Source: Lama guanicoe
Taxonomy: Eukaryota
Length of the DNA stretch: 64,000 nucleotides
Assembly (NCBI GenBank): GCA_013239625.1
Contig: MU053881.1
Coordinates: 9,013,957 to 9,077,956, forward strand
Reading direction: 5' to 3'
A program made the position numbers and the translations under genes. Below, piece after piece: positions 60,111 to 64,000 of this stretch. The notes beneath the pieces were generated by a model. It searched no databases and was not told where the DNA came from. It saw only the letters and a program-made list of their open reading frames with translations. How positions within the stretch are numbered: the stretch's first letter is position 1; the number at the start of each line of letters is the position of its first letter.

Positions 60111-62343
60111 CCAACCCAAGCTCTTTTCGTTGCAGAGGGAAAAACTGAGGAGCAAAGAACTTGACTAACTCACAGTCACACAACTATTTTCGTAGCAGAA
60201 ACGGTAACAGAATGAAGGTCTCTCCATTCAGTGCCCTTTTCAGGATGTAAACAGGGAACTCTGTTCAAATATTAGAAGTGCTTCCCACATGAGTAAAGTC
60301 ACTGGTAGAATGGAGAAAGTCTTTGGCAAATCTGTTCTGTACATGAATTCAGGAAAAACAGAAAAGAAGAGGTTTAAACCCCGATCTGTGCTTTCTAGTT
60401 ACGTGCCAAGGAGAAGTCACCAGATCCTTCTGCACTCCACTTCCCTCTTCTGTTAGAAACAAAGAAACAAACCCAACAACACAAAGAAAAACACAGCCCC
60501 ACATACCTTAGAAGGTTGTAAAAAAGGAGGGAAGAAGACAGTATAAAGGCCGGGTATGGATTCAGCAGTCCTATAACGCAGCGTTCATTTTTATCTTCTG
60601 CCCCTCAAAATATATTCAGGGTTTTGAACGCTGGAAGGCATGTGTTCTTCCCTAAATTCCACCTCTCCCATTCCCGGATGGTTTTTCAGTTCAAACAGGA
60701 GGAAGGCTTCCTGGGCTCACCAGACAAGAATTACAGCAAACCTAAGAAACGCTGTCCACCAAAAGCAAGGTGAGCAGCAGTAGCGCCCCTGAGAGTTTTT
60801 TAAAAAGCAGATGAAGAGGTGAGAAGTGTGTTCAGCACTGTTTTCCTCCCCTCAGCTGATAGTGTTTAATCAAAATAGGAGCCACCTCTCCAATTACGCA
60901 GACCCTCTGCTGGAGATCCACGGAGAAACCGGGCGAGGAGAGATCATTGAAAACACTACATTTTCTTTTCAAAAAAGATGCAGGGATAAAGCAATGCAGT
61001 GGCCACCTCATCTCTGGCTTTGTCACTGTGTCGATCTCAGTGGTGACCATGTGAACGTGCCCCTCAGATCTCCTGCTGCAGGGACTAGAGTGGATGGAGA
61101 GCCACTGCTGCTGTCCCCTTGGGATCCACCACTGTATCTGTGCCAAGGTCAGGCTTCCTGGGGGATGCTCTCAGCCAATGGCCAATTACCAAGCCTGGTG
61201 GATAAAAATAATTCAATCCCCTTTCTGTGAAGGGTAGGACAGCTCTGCTGGGCAAGTCTGGTTCCCAGATTCTCCGCTGTCCTGGCTGACACTTTCAGAA
61301 CTGGCCGCAGCCTGGGGCTCTTGCCCCCAGTCCCCCTCCCTCCCACTCCTCCGTCACTGGTGCCGGGCTGGCCTTGTCAGCGGGAGCCTCTCCCCACCTC
61401 CTCTTGCACGTCCACGTTCATCTTCGGGTGTTCCCCCCGCCCCCGTGTATCTCCTGCATAGCTAATCCTGCCTTGGTATCTGCTTCTCGGCTCACCTGGA
61501 ATAACACAACATTGTTCCAAAAGTTCAACGAGCGCCAGGTACTTCTGCACAAGGTTTGAGATGAGTAACTCGTTGGAGACTCAGACATGTTCCATTGGTT
61601 ATACCAGAAAGGGAGAAAAAAATGTTCTGTTGGCATTTTGTGTAAGCTTATGACCACATTTAATCACCCAAAGTGTACCTTCACTGCCTACCAGATGTGT
61701 CATTAACCATTTCTGAAAAAAAATGAAATAAAAATCACCCAGCATGAGAATGCTATGGAATAAGTCAATACTAACAGATGGTGTTTATTTTGTCACTGCT
61801 TGTGTTAAAAAATTACCACCTAGTCCCATCAAATCCATTTCTTTAAGGTGGAAGCTTTATGTAAAAACTGCTACAGAAAATGCAATATTTTATCAGCTGT
61901 CACTGAGTTCCTTAAAATATGAGCGCTTGTTTTCATGGTTTTCAGTTTTCTAGGACATGGTGCAATACACAGGAGATGGGTTTGTATAAATCTGACACGA
62001 TGGAGTATTTTGCCAGCAGCTCTGTCTTGCAACATGCAATCTGTTTTGTTTTTCAAACAAAGTTAGTTGGAACGCTGGTGTTTCCAGGATGAAGACAGAA
62101 ATTCCTCAATTAAATAACCTTCTGCAATGTGACACCGTCTGCACGCCCACCAACAAGAAGGGGTCATTTAAAGGCACTACTGCCTGCCCTTTTAGATGGT
62201 CTCACAAGGAGAATCAGGGAAAAAAGCTGTCATAGAAGAATACATAACAATACGGGGTAAGTTTACAATGCGGTAAGTGAAAAAGTTTTAAAGCAGTAAG
62301 TAAAATAGGATGCCATTTTTTTGGTTTCAAAATACACACTCGC

Positions 62344-62600
62344 AGAGGCAGTATAATAGAGTAGTTAGGAAAAGGTCACCCTGAGCCAGGCTGGCTGACG
62401 GCAAATCCTGGCTCTGCCCCTCACTCTCACTGCCTTTAAAGCCTTGCTGACGTCACGTGACTTGTCCCCACCCCGGTTTCTCCAGGCCTCACGCACAATA
62501 ACGTGTTTCGTTGGTGTCGCCCTTTGGAAGATTAAATGTAAAGCATTTTAAAAAGTGCCTGGCACAGAGTAAATGCTATATAAATATTATTGTTTTAACT
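62344..62600 (+). mobile_element. MIR SINE, near full length
   Basis: 'agaggcagtataatagagtagttagg...caaatcctggctctgcccctcact...atgtaaagcattttaaaaagtgcctggcacagagtaaatgctatataaat'. Confidence 0.9.
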
Positions 62601-63671
62601 TTTTATTACATATCATTGCAAAGGAAGTCCTAGACACGTACTTCTCACAATGTTGATAGTGGTTCTTGCTAAATGCAAAGATGCCAGCTGATTTTCAAGT
62701 GTTTTTTTTTTTCTTGGCTTATTTGTTTATTCTAGTATTTTCTCACACATTCAAAAAAAAGGAACATTTGAAAAAAAGAAGGGAGGGGACAGGGAGAGGA
62801 AGAAGGAAAATTCTTGCACGTTTTGCTATACCAAATTCTGCTGCTATAAATAGTGTATAATTGGCTGGATAAAGTGGCTTAATTTTTTTGAAGGCAAACT
62901 CAAAGTCCCTTGATTATTTTGAGTTTATTTTAAAATATCTTAACTAAAACATCTGTGAACTCTCAACCTAAATGGTAAGTGAACAAAATCATGGATCAAT
63001 CAATCTGACAACGGGAACAAAATGAAAACATTAAGCACACGGAGAGAGTTTCCCCTGGTATCTAAGCTGGGATATAAATGCACTCCCTTGCCTAACGCTT
63101 CCATTTCGCTCTCCCCTAATTTATGCTGACGATTGAGCTTTTTTTTGTCCTCAGAAAACAGCGGTCCCAGTAACCATGTTGTATCTGCATCATCTAAAAG
63201 AATGTACTGACAATTATACCAAATAAATTCATAGATTATATATGTGTATATGCTCTAAGTCTGTAACTAAGTCCAAAGTTACATGGGTGCCATTTTGACG
63301 GAAAGTGATTGACTTAAAGAAATTAAACTTAATTGTTTCCTGGTACCCTACAGTACACCTGAGTCAATTTTCTCCAGGTTTCTTAGACAACCTATCTCTA
63401 AGTTTCAATAGCCAAATGCCAAATGATAAGATTAAAGCAAAGATGTAACTTCCCCCATGTCTTATATATCTTTCTTGTTAACTATGCATGTTTTCAGAAA
63501 TTGGACAACAGATTTTTCAACAGGTAGGAATCTGATCATGAGACCAGGATGGTTACAAACTTCGGTTCTGTCTCTTTGCCCCAGGATCTCAGCAGGGACT
63601 GGGCAGACGGGAAGTGGAGCTTTTGAGCTGAGGGATCTCCCATGTACTGAGATGTTAGAAGCTTCATCTCT

Positions 63672-63814
63672 CTTTTTTTTATTATTATTATTATTGGGGG
63701 GGGGTAATTAGGTTTATTTGTTTATGTACTTACTTATATGGTGGTACTGGGGATTGAACCCAGGACCTCACAGATGCTAAGTATGCTCTCTACCATTGAG
63801 CTATACCCTCCCCC
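63672..63814 (-). mobile_element. tRNA-Ala-derived SINE (Vic-1-like, camelid) with perfect 16-bp TSD
   Basis: Reverse complement GGGGGAGGGTATAGCTCAATGGTAGAGAGCATACTTAGCATCTGTGAGGTCCTGGGTTCAATCCCCAGTACCACCA. TSD tagaagcttcatctct at 63656-63671 and 63815-63830. Confidence 0.95.
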
Positions 63815-64000
63815 TAGAAGCTTCATCTCTTGACATTCCACAGTCTTTGTCACCTAAGGCCTCAGCTCTTTTATTGACTCCAGCATCCCAGCAGAGCTAC
63901 AGCGACACATCTGTCCTATGATTTTTAATCTTAGTGGTTAGGTTGGACTATCAAGAAAATTCCAGAACGTATCTCTGAATGTCATCTCATTCCATGAGAA

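Noticed and set aside
60775..60795. CTCF-like GCGCCCCTGAG
   Set aside because: Several mismatches in the core; much weaker than the 32114 site.
61393..61487. Possible minus-strand exon (ttattccag acceptor; EPRSRYQGRISYAGDTRGRGEHPKMNVDVQEE)
   Set aside because: Weak donor, no recognised homologue, and could not be linked in phase to other candidates.
43472..62853. MEF2 consensus sites at 43472-43481 and 62844-62853
   Set aside because: About this many are expected by chance in 64 kb.
63740..63814. tRNA-Ala-like gene (also at ~35735-35808 and ~48957-49030)
   Set aside because: Each has a SINE body, an A-rich tail and TSDs, with mismatched stems, so these are SINE heads rather than tRNA genes.
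1..64000. CRISPR arrays, operons, prokaryotic or viral systems, NUMTs
   Set aside because: No regularly spaced repeats, no long ORFs and no mitochondrial-like or ERV-internal sequence seen; the window is repeat-rich mammalian non-coding DNA.

Overview
Mammalian genomic DNA, very probably camelid (camel/alpaca/llama): it carries three copies of a tRNA-Ala-derived SINE matching my recollection of camelid Vic-1, plus artiodactyl-type L1 3' ends. The window reads as intronic or intergenic. It is dense in old interspersed repeats (L2, MIR, MLT1 LTRs, MER DNA-transposon fossils) and holds one ~4.2 kb internally deleted L1, several 5'-truncated L1s and microsatellites. I could not recognise any protein-coding gene. 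The ORF-track entries are short and mostly derive from repeats or chance. Two chains of phase-compatible candidate exons on the minus strand are reported only as low-confidence hypotheses. The most concrete oddities are a 74-bp TSD-flanked inverted L1 micro-insertion, an L1 lacking most of ORF1 and the endonuclease, a strong CTCF motif inside an L2, an exact 22-bp repeat containing a splice donor plus an RBFOX motif, a G4-rich promoter-like segment and enhancer-like unique blocks. I found no evidence for a novel biological system. Repeat family names come from recalled consensus sequences rather than a database search, and boundaries of old repeats are approximate.
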